A stretch of DNA of 64,000 bases from a virus. Each line of letters starts with the position of its first letter. The stretch's first letter is position 1. This document shows, piece by piece, positions 1 to 8,915 of this stretch. The translations under genes and the position numbers were made by a program. Below the pieces are notes generated by a model. It worked only from the letters and a program-made list of their open reading frames with translations. It made no database searches and was not told the DNA's origin. The stretch covers positions 1-64,000 of IMG/VR virus record IMGVR_UViG_3300016472_000940, one strand, 5' to 3'.

Positions 1-35
1 GAGGACTGGACTGAACATTTTTCTATATAAAAACA

Positions 36-67
36 GAAAAGACTTATCTTTTACAATAAGCCTTTTC
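36..67 (-). terminator. Probable intrinsic terminator closing the early cassette array
   Basis: Imperfect inverted repeat AAAAGACTTAT...ATAAGCCTTTT with a T-rich tract following on the minus strand, downstream of ORF 80..250. Confidence 0.5.
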
Positions 68-79
68 CATTATGATGGG

Positions 80-250
80 TTAGGAGTTTTTGTGAGTAAG
101 ATTTAGAATCCTACAAATCTTTTTGTAGTAGGGATAAACATTATCAATATTCTCCTCACCCCCACTCTCATAACTCTCATACCCTGCATCTTCTGCTAAC
201 TGCTCCAACACATCAATTATCTTGTCTCTCTGATTTGTTTGTACTTTCAT
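80..250 (-). CDS. Small early hypothetical protein (56 aa, MKVQTNQRDK...), not in the ORF track
   Basis: Translated by hand; promoter TTGACT-16-TACAAT ends 6 nt before the ATG. Confidence 0.7.
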   Translation of the reverse strand: MKVQTNQRDKIIDVLEQLAEDAGYESYESGGEENIDNVYPYYKKICRILNLTHKNS

Positions 251-286
251 TTTGTTATTGTATTTGAATTTAGGATTTAGTCAAGA

Positions 287-592
287 TTATTTTGCTTCTT
301 TTAACCAACTACCTTTAAAGTCATGATTGGTGAAGTCAATTAACATCACCTCTTCAGTTTTGTAGATAGTGTGGGTTGGAGTTTTTTGAATATCTTCAAA
401 ATTGTCTCTCCAATTATAATACTCCTTTTCAGTTTTCCCCACATCAGTCTTATACTCATAATAGTACCCCTTACTATCATGACCATCATAATCATCACCT
501 ATAGTATTCAAAAGGAAGTCTTTTTGAGAGATCCATTTGCTTTTGCCATTATACAAGTCAATATACAGATATTCTTGTTTGTTTTTCATCAT
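287..592 (-). CDS. Early hypothetical protein
   Basis: ORF starting MMK with its own TTGACT-16-TATAAT promoter. Confidence 0.8.
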   Translation of the reverse strand: MMKNKQEYLYIDLYNGKSKWISQKDFLLNTIGDDYDGHDSKGYYYEYKTDVGKTEKEYYNWRDNFEDIQKTPTHTIYKTEEVMLIDFTNHDFKGSWLKEAK

Positions 593-598
593 ACTCCT

Positions 599-626
599 AT
601 TATATCTGAATTGGGATATTAGTCAA
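599..626 (-). promoter_or_regulatory. Early sigma70-type promoter (representative copy; others lie upstream of 250, 1031, 1274, 1592, 1864)
   Basis: TTGACT AATATCCCAATTCAGA TATAAT AGGAGT ATG; the -35 box overlaps GTT GAC TAA, the end of the upstream gene. Confidence 0.85.
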
Positions 627-837
627 CCAAAAAAGACAAATTCCTTTTCCTTATTTCTTCTTCAATATCATTCTTGAATACATCTAAAGAACTATCTAGA
701 AGTCTCTCTAATGCATTCTTTCTATCAGTAATAGGGTATTCATGAAGTTGATCTAACTGATCATCAGCCCACCTCTTAACCAACTCCTTATAGAAGTCTA
801 CCACATTAGTTTGATTGTATGGTTTGAATGTATTCAC
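619..837 (-). CDS. Early hypothetical protein
   Basis: ORF overlapping the stop of 834..1031 (GTGA coupling); ends VD*. Confidence 0.75.
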   Translation of the reverse strand: MNTFKPYNQTNVVDFYKELVKRWADDQLDQLHEYPITDRKNALERLLDSSLDVFKNDIEEEIRKRNLSFLVD

Positions 838-1031
838 TCTACCTCCACTTCAGTACATCCCTGACTTTCAATCTCACAATCTCCAGACTGGAAAGCATCC
901 ATCACCTCTCCAGTCTTCACAGAATCTTCTGCAATTCTTTGAGCTTCATCTTCATCTTCTGCCTCTATCTCTTTTGTAAGAAATAGAGTAACAGCAACAT
1001 CTACCTCAAATGTTCTTTTCTCTTTCATCAT
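834..1031 (-). CDS. Small acidic early protein (DpnD/PcfM-like EAEDEDEA motif)
   Basis: F.V.V...L.KEIEAEDEDEA..IA pattern; own promoter. Confidence 0.65.
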   Translation of the reverse strand: MMKEKRTFEVDVAVTLFLTKEIEAEDEDEAQRIAEDSVKTGEVMDAFQSGDCEIESQGCTEVEVE

Positions 1032-1061
1032 TTAATAATTGTATAGGGATTTAGAATTTAG

Positions 1062-1274
1062 TCAATCTCTAAATTGCTTACCCCAATCTTTAAGATTCTC
1101 TCCTACACCAAGAATGGATTCAGCCAATTCATAATCATCATCATTATCAGATTCATAATTCTTATTGGCCCAATCATAATCTGACTTCTTGAGTAGGTCA
1201 TGTAATTTATCTACATTATTGAATGTCTCTTCAATAAGTTCACTAATTTGTTTCTTTCTTTCTAGTTTCATCAT
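1062..1274 (-). CDS. Early hypothetical protein
   Basis: MMK start; TTGACT-16-CATAAT promoter. Confidence 0.8.
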   Translation of the reverse strand: MMKLERKKQISELIEETFNNVDKLHDLLKKSDYDWANKNYESDNDDDYELAESILGVGENLKDWGKQFRD

Positions 1275-1301
1275 ACCTCCTATTATGGCTGAATTTGAGA
1301 T

Positions 1302-1592
1302 TTAGTCAACTAAAACCTTTTCAATCCTATTAACAGTTTTAGTTACAAAACTATCATTAAATTGATCCCACATACATTCAGCAACATGAAAATGGACTTT
1401 ATCACAAAAATCCTTCAACCCATTATAAATCCTATCCTGCTTTTTATTATCCTTTAAACCACCAATCTTATTAATCCTCTTCAAATAAGGATATAAGTCC
1501 CTCACCACATCCTCATAATTGCTATCCTCAAATTCAATTAAACAATCTTCTTTCAAATCCCTAACTACCTTTTCAATTTTGTTTTTCATCAT
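1302..1592 (-). CDS. Early hypothetical protein
   Basis: MMK start; own promoter; ends VD*. Confidence 0.8.
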   Translation of the reverse strand: MMKNKIEKVVRDLKEDCLIEFEDSNYEDVVRDLYPYLKRINKIGGLKDNKKQDRIYNGLKDFCDKVHFHVAECMWDQFNDSFVTKTVNRIEKVLVD

Positions 1593-1618
1593 TCTCCTAT
1601 TATATGGGCAATTCAGAT

Positions 1619-1864
1619 TTAGTCAACTACTTCCCACTCCTTCAAACCCAATTTAGCCCTTAACTTATTGTTCTGTTCGTTAAGATCATTACAACCCTCC
1701 ACCTCCACACTCCACAAATCTATAGTTTCTACTAAATGCACACTACCCTCTATACCTTCCACCTTATTGGTTTGTGCAAAATCGTACATTTTGTGGAAGG
1801 CTTTTTCGAATTGTTTGTACAGTTTAGTATACTGTTTTTGGTTTTGTTTTGCTTTATTTAACAT
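1619..1864 (-). CDS. Early hypothetical protein
   Basis: TTGTTT-16-TATAAT promoter 6 nt upstream; ends VD*. Confidence 0.8.
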   Translation of the reverse strand: MLNKAKQNQKQYTKLYKQFEKAFHKMYDFAQTNKVEGIEGSVHLVETIDLWSVEVEGCNDLNEQNNKLRAKLGLKEWEVVD

Positions 1865-1912
1865 ACTATAATTATATGGGAAGTTTGGGTTGAAACAAGC
1901 TTAATTTTGTTA

Positions 1913-1940
1913 TTGACAGAATTGCTAGTTCCAGTATACT
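1913..1940 (+). promoter_or_regulatory. Sigma70-type promoter with no downstream ORF
   Basis: TTGACA(1913-18)-16-TATACT(1935-40). Confidence 0.7.
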
Positions 1941-2016
1941 ATATGGACCACCTTAAGTTACGGCCGGAGGGGGGAGGACTGGACCTTTATAAAAAAAAGA
2001 GAGAAGGGGATGTGGT

Positions 2017-2045
2017 ATTATAATATGAAATGAAAGGACTGTCAA
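2017..2045 (-). promoter_or_regulatory. Consensus sigma70 promoter, convergent with 1913-1940
   Basis: TTGACA-17-TATAAT on the minus strand. Confidence 0.75.
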
Positions 2046-2132
2046 GCCTATTCTTAATGGGTTTGGAGGTTTTGAAAAAAAGAGAGTTTGAGTAAAGTAA
2101 AGTAGCCTATTTTGGTTTATGCCATTATTATA

Positions 2133-2447
2133 TTAAGCGTACTGTTTGGCCAACTCAAGATCGATATACTTTTGAAGATAACGGGTAACAGATATAATAC
2201 GGTCTCCCCCCGAATAAACGTATATGGGAATACGGTTATCTTTCCGGGTTTCAGTAATATACATAAGGTAGTCGTGGAGTTGGAGGGCTTTTTTAACAGA
2301 TAGAGCTTCTACAAATTCAGGGATATGGGTCTTAGCATAGGTAATGATCTGCTCTTCCGTTTCACAGAACGCACAAGACTCTTGAATATGCTCTAAGTAA
2401 TCAGAGATAAAGCGCTCATATACTTGTTTATCTTTAACATGTGACAT
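2133..2447 (-). CDS. Hypothetical protein
   Basis: 104 aa ORF; TATAAT 6 nt upstream of the ATG. Confidence 0.65.
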   Translation of the reverse strand: MSHVKDKQVYERFISDYLEHIQESCAFCETEEQIITYAKTHIPEFVEALSVKKALQLHDYLMYITETRKDNRIPIYVYSGGDRIISVTRYLQKYIDLELAKQYA

Positions 2448-2526
2448 TGGTGGTTATTATATATCTTTATATAATGAAAGGCCAGATAATAAGCGCTTTA
2501 TATAAGGGGGATCCTATAGAGTCTCC

Positions 2527-2577
2527 CGGGGCTATTATCCCCGCCCGGCTATTATCCATACGGGGCTATTAATATGG
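2527..2577. repeat. Three imperfect tandem 17-bp repeats (core GGCTATTA)
   Basis: GGCTATTA at 2530, 2547 and 2564 (exact 17-nt period). Confidence 0.7.
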
Positions 2578-2832
2578 GTGTTCGTAGTATTGCCATGGAT
2601 CAGATGATATACCCTTCCACCGAATGGCCGGGTCATGATTAAAGTACTCTATAAGGATTGCCTTATCTCGTCCGAAAAAGCTATTAATCTTCTTACGGAA
2701 CTTATGGAGTGTTTGGTATTGAGGGTCTGAGCTATAGGTACAGTAATCATAGATAGTATTATAGAGGGCTTTGGCTTCGTCTGAGAGCTTACTGTACTCT
2801 TCAAACGGAAGACCCACAGTACTTGTACTCAC
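2569..2832 (-). CDS. Hypothetical protein
   Basis: ORF coupled (GTGA) to the upstream gene. Confidence 0.6.
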   Translation of the reverse strand: MSTSTVGLPFEEYSKLSDEAKALYNTIYDYCTYSSDPQYQTLHKFRKKINSFFGRDKAILIEYFNHDPAIRWKGISSDPWQYYEHPY

Positions 2833-3134
2833 TGAATACCCTCATATCGCTTGGTTGCGTCGTCTAGGGAAGTACAGGTCCACCCCATAATACCCCACAG
2901 ACTGGAACCGGGATAGGTCTCAGAAGGCTCTATATATACACCACCCATCGTATAACCGTTATGCTTGCCAATCTTAACTACCTCATAGTTACAGAGCTGG
3001 GTATCTTTACGGGTCTGCTTATAGATGGCACGGTTACCCTCGCGCTTAATAAGCTCATACGTAAAGCCCTTCTTAGTGAAGTTAGCTGGAATTGTTTTGT
3101 AGGTTGTTGGCTGTTCTAATGTCGTATTCATCAT
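2829..3134 (-). CDS. Conserved phage hypothetical protein
   Basis: KGF.YE...R....AIY.Q...YEV...E.YP.SS.WG..GWT pattern; TTGCCA-16-TATAAT promoter. Confidence 0.75.
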   Translation of the reverse strand: MMNTTLEQPTTYKTIPANFTKKGFTYELIKREGNRAIYKQTRKDTQLCNYEVVKIGKHNGYTMGGVYIEPSETYPGSSLWGIMGWTCTSLDDATKRYEGIQ

Positions 3135-3403
3135 AAAACGTATTATACCTGCATTTCGAAATTTGGCAACTATATTCTCAGTATTCCTTAGTATTTCTAT
3201 ATATCTAACTCTTTTTACTTACAATATGAATACTTTACACAGGTTCCGTCAAAAACCTCTGGAAAAATCCCCCTGTTTTTATTAAAAATACCCGGTTATC
3301 TTTAACGTAGACACCGGAAAACTACGATGATGAAGTGGTTGTTTCCAATAGGCAAACCACATTAGCCTCTTAGTTTCTACTAAGTTCTTGTCGACCTCCG
3401 AAA

Positions 3404-3667
3404 TCAAAACCAATCACTATAATCCTTAGATTTAAAGCTTTCTACAGCTTTAGTAAGTTCGGCTTTAGTCATAGCCAATTCAAACTCTTGGGCCTTGTCG
3501 TGTACAATTTTCAAAAGCATATCATGGTTAATAATATGACCACAACTCGTCCAAATTCTCTCAATCTTGATATCTGGAAACAGCTCATTGTATACTTCTT
3601 GCTTCTCTTTATTGTAGAGGAAACGGAGTGTCTCACCTGCTAATTTAAGCTGTACTCTGTCTAACAT
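3404..3667 (-). CDS. Hypothetical protein
   Basis: ORF with promoter TTGCCC-17-TATTAT 6 nt upstream. Confidence 0.65.
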   Translation of the reverse strand: MLDRVQLKLAGETLRFLYNKEKQEVYNELFPDIKIERIWTSCGHIINHDMLLKIVHDKAQEFELAMTKAELTKAVESFKSKDYSDWF

Positions 3668-3733
3668 ATGTGTATAATAGTGTGAAACCTATATTAGGGC
3701 AACGTTTTTATTATCTGCCGGCGGAACCCAGTA

Positions 3734-4030
3734 CTACGTACTGGAACCAAATACCTCATCCCCCTCGTTATAACCTACTGCTGTATCTAGCTCCTCATAA
3801 GTAAAATCTAGAGGAATTCGGTCGTGTTTGAGGGTTACGTATTCTGTAATAGCCTGTTTGGTTATGGGCTCTCTGCCTTGTAATACTTTAAGGGTGGTTT
3901 GGTCGGGTCCGGGGGTTCCTTCCCATTTCAGGTTAGATACCCGAACTAACTTAAGAGGCGTGCGGCGGAGCCGGACTTCGTCCGGTAAATAGAACCCTTG
4001 CTCACTCTCTCCTCCTAAATCATAACTCAT
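3734..4030 (-). CDS. Hypothetical protein
   Basis: ORF; TATAAT 6 nt upstream. Confidence 0.65.
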   Translation of the reverse strand: MSYDLGGESEQGFYLPDEVRLRRTPLKLVRVSNLKWEGTPGPDQTTLKVLQGREPITKQAITEYVTLKHDRIPLDFTYEELDTAVGYNEGDEVFGSST

Positions 4031-4044
4031 ACTATTATTATACT

Positions 4045-4284
4045 TTACCCTTTGTATATGGCCAGTGTCTTCTTAGTCTTAATTCCATCTCGATTAACTC
4101 TTTTTCCATCTTGATTAAGCTTTCCTCGATTTTGTCTAAGTATCTTCGAATAATAACTAAGTCTTTCTTGTTTAGTTTCATATTGTTTCTCCTTGAGTAT
4201 GGGTTGGGGGTTCTGGGTTACAGCAATGTGAATAACCCGGTCAAGTCGCTGTATTTGATACTGAAATTCTTGTAGGGCATTCAC
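4045..4284 (-). CDS. Hypothetical basic protein
   Basis: ORF with GTG start 6 nt after a TATATT box. Confidence 0.6.
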   Translation of the reverse strand: MNALQEFQYQIQRLDRVIHIAVTQNPQPILKEKQYETKQERLSYYSKILRQNRGKLNQDGKRVNRDGIKTKKTLAIYKG

Positions 4285-4464
4285 ACCTCCAATATACAGG
4301 AACTCTATATGAGTACCAGCTTAAAAGTATCAGCGCTTGGCCAGCTCTTGGAAGTACTCGGGGAGTTCTTCTAACTCTTGCTCAATCCGCGCTAATATAT
4401 CGTGAATTTCATCTACCCCGTTTAACATACCGTTATTATATAGGGCAGGGAGAATAAGAAAAGG

Positions 4465-4758
4465 TTATTTCTTTAATTTATTTTTAATTTTTTCGTGCAA
4501 ATATGAACAACCTTGTAAATTGATACGTAAAATGTATAGAAGCATCCCTCTCCATACTATTAACAGGCTTATAGACCAGTAGTTTAAGGTATAAAGTATT
4601 TCTTGTTGGGAGGGGATAGTATTTTTCCAAAATACTATGGTAGATATAACACCCTCATACACTCTAGGCATATGCCAAAATAACCATTGTAAGGGTGAAA
4701 GAGCAATATAGAGTAACGTTTTGGTTGCATCTAAAAAGAAGTCTGAAACATATCTCAT
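4465..4758 (-). CDS. Hypothetical membrane protein
   Basis: ORF with hydrophobic, Trp-rich segments. Confidence 0.5.
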   Translation of the reverse strand: MRYVSDFFLDATKTLLYIALSPLQWLFWHMPRVYEGVISTIVFWKNTIPSQQEILYTLNYWSISLLIVWRGMLLYILRINLQGCSYLHEKIKNKLKK

Positions 4759-4953
4759 AGAATGGTATCCTTTATAGGGGTGGTTTTAATATAATCCTGG
4801 GCTTCCTCTATAGTAGTAAATGAAATGACCACCCGTGGGGGTTCCTCTTCAATATCAATTACCGAGTATATATTCTTAAAGCCGTCAAAATCCTCGGCTA
4901 TAGTAAGTATCATTTCAATAATATTATACGAATTCTATATACAGGCAAGCCAA

Positions 4954-7893
4954 TTAAGCTTGAGATTCGACCCAAGAAACACGAGTACGGATAAGCGTAC
5001 CATTAGAGACCGGCGTGGCAACAATATAGATAATATCTGGACCGTCAGGGAACATACCGCCAATGGCCGCGGCTTGAGCAGAGGTAGGTGTCGGGGTTGT
5101 ACCGCCCACAATAGGTACGGTAACGGTTGTGGCACCACCTAGAATAGAGTTGCTCAACTCACGAACGGCAGATAAGTCTTGTTGATTTTGTTGTGCAACG
5201 CCGTTGTTACCGCCTGGGGCAAAGAAACCGAATACATTCTCGCCTCCCTCAAGCCGTACAGCCGCATTTGCGGGGTATGCAACTTGTGCCAAGCTAGAAC
5301 CACCCACAGAAGTAAAGTTTGACATTTGTCCGGCTTGTACCCGTCCGTTTAATATACACTCTATTCTTACACCACCACAGGGATTTGCCCCGGTTACGTT
5401 AATCAGAGTATCCATACTCCTGAGCTTGAGTTGCATTCTATTAATAAGCTCTCTTGCACCAAGAACACCGGTACGGCTACTATCTACAGTTGGGGCCAAT
5501 CTTAAAGCTAATAATACAGCCCTTGTACCACCTGTTGTAATGGTTAGATCGGGTGTACCAACATTAAAGACGAACTGGGAATCATCATCAAATCTTCCAT
5601 CCATGATTACGCTTGATCCCCAGTGACTTACGGCATTAGCTTGAGGGAAACCACCAGAGTTTGGTACACCTACAAATTCTACTGCAGTAGGTGCGTTATT
5701 ACTAAATGTAAATGTTTGAGGTGTACCTTGACCACCCGTTTGAGGACGAACGATATTAAGAAGTTGTGTAGAGTTTGTACCTCTATAAAGCATATATTCG
5801 ATAACGCCGGTTTGTCCGGGAGCGGTAACCTTTACTATACCTGAGCTAGGCCAGAACCTAGTAGTCGGTAGTGTTATTGATGTATCACCGCTATTAATGG
5901 TTGCAGCAATACGACTAATAGGACCAGAGTTGGCGCTTTCATAACGGGCAGGTAAATTACCAGATCTTAGATATGCTTCATTATTAACATTATTATTGAC
6001 CATCTTATGGAAGTACGTAACGTTACCATTTTGACCACGAACTCCAAAGCGTATAAATCCTGCACCATACCAAGAATAATCCATGTATAACATCTGCATT
6101 TTCCTTGGATCCATGTTATAATTGCTGGGGCCCCTCCCATCCATAGTGTCAATATTCCATTCTGATTGAACAGTCTTTGTATCTACTGTCTTACTAATAA
6201 CTGCATTCTGTATACCAACGGGTCCTCTCCATTCCGGAGAAATAACCATTTGAGTATCGCTAATTATATTAAGGACTTTATAGCTCATCCCTCTTATTAC
6301 CACAAAATCTGCAGGATTTAATTGTGCAGAAAAGAGGGTACCAGTACCTGTAACAAGATTACTTCCACCAGCAATTGATATCAATCCGGTTAATTGCAGT
6401 GTGCTATTGCGTCTTACAACGAAAGTATTTACACCATCATTTTCAAAAAACATACCATTTTGTTGATCAAACATTCCTACACGAACCGTACTGCCATATT
6501 GAGGTTCAGGATATATTGTAATAGGTGAAGGTGCCGGGGCATCGCCTGCATTTGCCGGGGCACCTACAGTGTTGTATGTAAACGTTAAATCATCTGGCGT
6601 GCTTGTAACTTGAAAGACACCATTGAAAGCCTGGTCTGTGGAACCAGACACAGAAACGTTAGAGCCAACTGTAAGTCCGTGTGGATTCTTTGTAGTTACG
6701 CTGACAGGCGCATTATTACCTGTACCACTTGCAACTACTCTATTAACATTAAGCGCTGGGCGCAGTACTGATCCTGTACTAAACTGAATTCCTTTTCCAG
6801 ATTGATATCTAAAATACTTTCTAGTCTGTCTAATAACAGCGGAGTAAGGCGAACCAGAGCCAGCGCGCGTACCACTAGTAATTTGTACGCCACCATCAAA
6901 AGCTCTATGTATTGCATACCCATCACCACGAGGATAAACAACATTATTTCCTGCGGAATTGGTAGGTGCAGACGCTGGTGCAGTACCATATGGTACAAAA
7001 GTAAATGTATTGGCTGTTGGAACCGAAGTAATTATGTGTGGCCCAACAACAGTTGGCGTAGATGTTGTATTAGCTAAAAATACTTGTGAGCCTCTGGCTA
7101 ATCCGTGTGCGCCAGTTGTTGTACAAGTTATTGTTGTTGTACCAGAAAATGCATTAGCGGCTACAGGAATACCTGAGCTCTGATAATATGTACCAGAAAA
7201 TGCAAAGGTACGCGCACTATCAAAAATAGAGCCAGTGGGAATAATTTGATTTGCAAGATATGTAAATGAAGTACCACCGGCTAGACCTGGGCCCGTCTCA
7301 ACAACAAACCACCCATTAGCATTTGAATCTGTTGTTTCTTGAACAAAGACAGGTGTATTAGCAAATATATTAATAGTAGATGCAACAGTCACAGTTACAG
7401 CTCTTGTACCTGCACCAGCTATATTGGTGATGTTTAGTGGTACACTTGCATCATAAAATGCATTTGGTCTATTGTTTTCTTGAAATAAAAACTCCCATTT
7501 TGTAGGTTGAATGCCATATTCGAAATCTGTATCAATTAATGTTTGTGGGCTAGACGTTCTTAGCTTATTTACTGGATCATAATATTCCTCAGCCGGAGTA
7601 ACGGTTGATGCAGGTACATCATATATAGCTTGAAGAGTATCGAAAGCGCTATGAGTTGAAGTGTCACAAGCAAGGAATAATCGTCTTGTATTTAAATTCC
7701 AATTTGTATAGCCAAAACCTGTCTGAGTTTCAGCATATATTACCTGGTTTCTTGTTTGGTTGACAACAACCATTAAACGGTTGATGGAGAATGGAATTGT
7801 ATCGTAAATTCTAGAAAAATCGAGATACCCTACACCAGGGGCTCCAGGGGAAAAAACTAGCGAGGCCGATGTAGTTTGAAGAACTGTCTTCAT
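4954..7893 (-). CDS. Large virion structural protein (beta-rich, fibre/baseplate-associated)
   Basis: 979 aa, rich in G/T/S/N; motifs DPVNKLRTS.PQ.LIDTDFEYG.Q.TKWE, HRAFDGGVQI and RQTRKYFRYQSGKG typical of aquatic phage structural proteins; late-type CATAAATA upstream. Confidence 0.75.
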   Translation of the reverse strand: MKTVLQTTSASLVFSPGAPGVGYLDFSRIYDTIPFSINRLMVVVNQTRNQVIYAETQTGFGYTNWNLNTRRLFLACDTSTHSAFDTLQAIYDVPASTVTPAEEYYDPVNKLRTSSPQTLIDTDFEYGIQPTKWEFLFQENNRPNAFYDASVPLNITNIAGAGTRAVTVTVASTINIFANTPVFVQETTDSNANGWFVVETGPGLAGGTSFTYLANQIIPTGSIFDSARTFAFSGTYYQSSGIPVAANAFSGTTTITCTTTGAHGLARGSQVFLANTTSTPTVVGPHIITSVPTANTFTFVPYGTAPASAPTNSAGNNVVYPRGDGYAIHRAFDGGVQITSGTRAGSGSPYSAVIRQTRKYFRYQSGKGIQFSTGSVLRPALNVNRVVASGTGNNAPVSVTTKNPHGLTVGSNVSVSGSTDQAFNGVFQVTSTPDDLTFTYNTVGAPANAGDAPAPSPITIYPEPQYGSTVRVGMFDQQNGMFFENDGVNTFVVRRNSTLQLTGLISIAGGSNLVTGTGTLFSAQLNPADFVVIRGMSYKVLNIISDTQMVISPEWRGPVGIQNAVISKTVDTKTVQSEWNIDTMDGRGPSNYNMDPRKMQMLYMDYSWYGAGFIRFGVRGQNGNVTYFHKMVNNNVNNEAYLRSGNLPARYESANSGPISRIAATINSGDTSITLPTTRFWPSSGIVKVTAPGQTGVIEYMLYRGTNSTQLLNIVRPQTGGQGTPQTFTFSNNAPTAVEFVGVPNSGGFPQANAVSHWGSSVIMDGRFDDDSQFVFNVGTPDLTITTGGTRAVLLALRLAPTVDSSRTGVLGARELINRMQLKLRSMDTLINVTGANPCGGVRIECILNGRVQAGQMSNFTSVGGSSLAQVAYPANAAVRLEGGENVFGFFAPGGNNGVAQQNQQDLSAVRELSNSILGGATTVTVPIVGGTTPTPTSAQAAAIGGMFPDGPDIIYIVATPVSNGTLIRTRVSWVESQA

Positions 7894-7939
7894 GTTTTAG
7901 ATATTTTATTTATGTCTCTCACACATTATATACTAAGTG

Positions 7940-8167
7940 TTATCCAAATATCACGGATGCGGTAAATATTCTTTCACTTAATCTGCTTTCGTCCAAAACA
8001 TTAGTTCCTAATATTTCACCTTTACAGCTAATACTCTGAAAACAAGTTATAGTCTGTGCGGATAATGTATTTAAAAGTGTAAGTTTTTCTGATGTTATAG
8101 ATTGTGATGAAAGTGCTTGACTACCAACAGAACTAGGTGCTAACAGTGTAATTCGTGTTAAAGCCAT
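7940..8167 (-). CDS. Small late virion protein
   Basis: MALTRI start; TATAAATA 6 nt upstream. Confidence 0.65.
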   Translation of the reverse strand: MALTRITLLAPSSVGSQALSSQSITSEKLTLLNTLSAQTITCFQSISCKGEILGTNVLDESRLSERIFTASVIFG

Positions 8168-8202
8168 ATAGATTATTTATATCTATATGTTTTAATTACT
8201 TA

Positions 8203-8499
8203 TTATATTTTAATCTTACGCACGCCAGTGCTGTCTTCAGGCGTAGTTTCCATTCGAATGGGATAAAAATAAGGTTCAACTTCTTTCGTTGAATAGGTGA
8301 AGAATGTACCTGGAAAGTGTTGCATTTGTCTATTGCAGTAAGATGCTGCATTTCGTACTGCTGCATTCGGGTTATTAGCCTTTATTATCTTTCTAAATGT
8401 AGATTTAGGATTAATATTCCATTTACAGTCTGGATCATCAACAGTAATCAAGACTGTCCAAATATCATTTTTTCTACGAACGTGATTAATTTTTGCCAT
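8203..8499 (-). CDS. Hypothetical protein
   Basis: ORF in the minus-strand run. Confidence 0.65.
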   Translation of the reverse strand: MAKINHVRRKNDIWTVLITVDDPDCKWNINPKSTFRKIIKANNPNAAVRNAASYCNRQMQHFPGTFFTYSTKEVEPYFYPIRMETTPEDSTGVRKIKI

Positions 8500-8818
8500 A
8501 GTTACAGTATAGAACCTCTGGCCTCAATATGCAAGGGGCCCAATCATAAAAGGCCTTACCATCCTGATAATCTATCCAATTGTGTGAATAGAATTTAATA
8601 GGCGGGGCTAGCTTTAACATATCATATTCAAGTGCAGCCATAGTTAAGAACACTTGATAGGTTCTAATTATCTCTTCCTTGGTTTTTTCTTTCTTAGGAA
8701 GCTCAAACTGTTTTAGCAATTCCTCTAGAGTATCGGGGCCAGAATTCTTTATTTCTTTTTTCTTTAGAAGAACTTCTTGAAAAAAGTAACGAAAACATTC
8801 CACAATATGTTGTAACAT
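8486..8818 (-). CDS. Hypothetical protein (start probably MLQHIVE)
   Basis: Track ORF 8486..8965 overlaps the next gene; the internal ATG follows GGGGGAG. Confidence 0.5.
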   Translation of the reverse strand: MLQHIVECFRYFFQEVLLKKKEIKNSGPDTLEELLKQFELPKKEKTKEEIIRTYQVFLTMAALEYDMLKLAPPIKFYSHNWIDYQDGKAFYDWAPCILRPEVLYCNYGKN

Positions 8819-8915
8819 ACTCCCCCTATAAAGCCTATAGATATGAGGAATAAACCAATTGAGCAGTCGTTGATAAATATTTTGGTTGCCAAGTAGAAAA
8901 ATTCTCTGATTTTTT

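Noticed and set aside
593-598. AGGAG(T) as a Shine-Dalgarno site for the array genes
   Set aside because: It lies 1 nt from the first ATG and between the -10 box and the predicted +1, so it is not in the local transcript. It could only act on read-through mRNA with the second ATG.
250-1900. CRISPR array or integron attC sites suggested by the repeated intergenic motif
   Set aside because: The repeats are degenerate promoters separated by 170-450 bp of coding sequence; no constant-length spacers, no attC-type inverted cores, and no cas or integrase gene in the window.
3240-3330. Phased A-tracts as a bent-DNA packaging site
   Set aside because: Only four or five tracts with irregular spacing in AT-rich DNA; not distinguishable from chance by eye.
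4825-7183. Plus-strand and alternate-frame ORFs overlapping long genes (also 23935, 28811, 31503, 42798, 48443, 53285, 63066)
   Set aside because: Shadow ORFs of real genes, with no independent promoter or recognisable motif.
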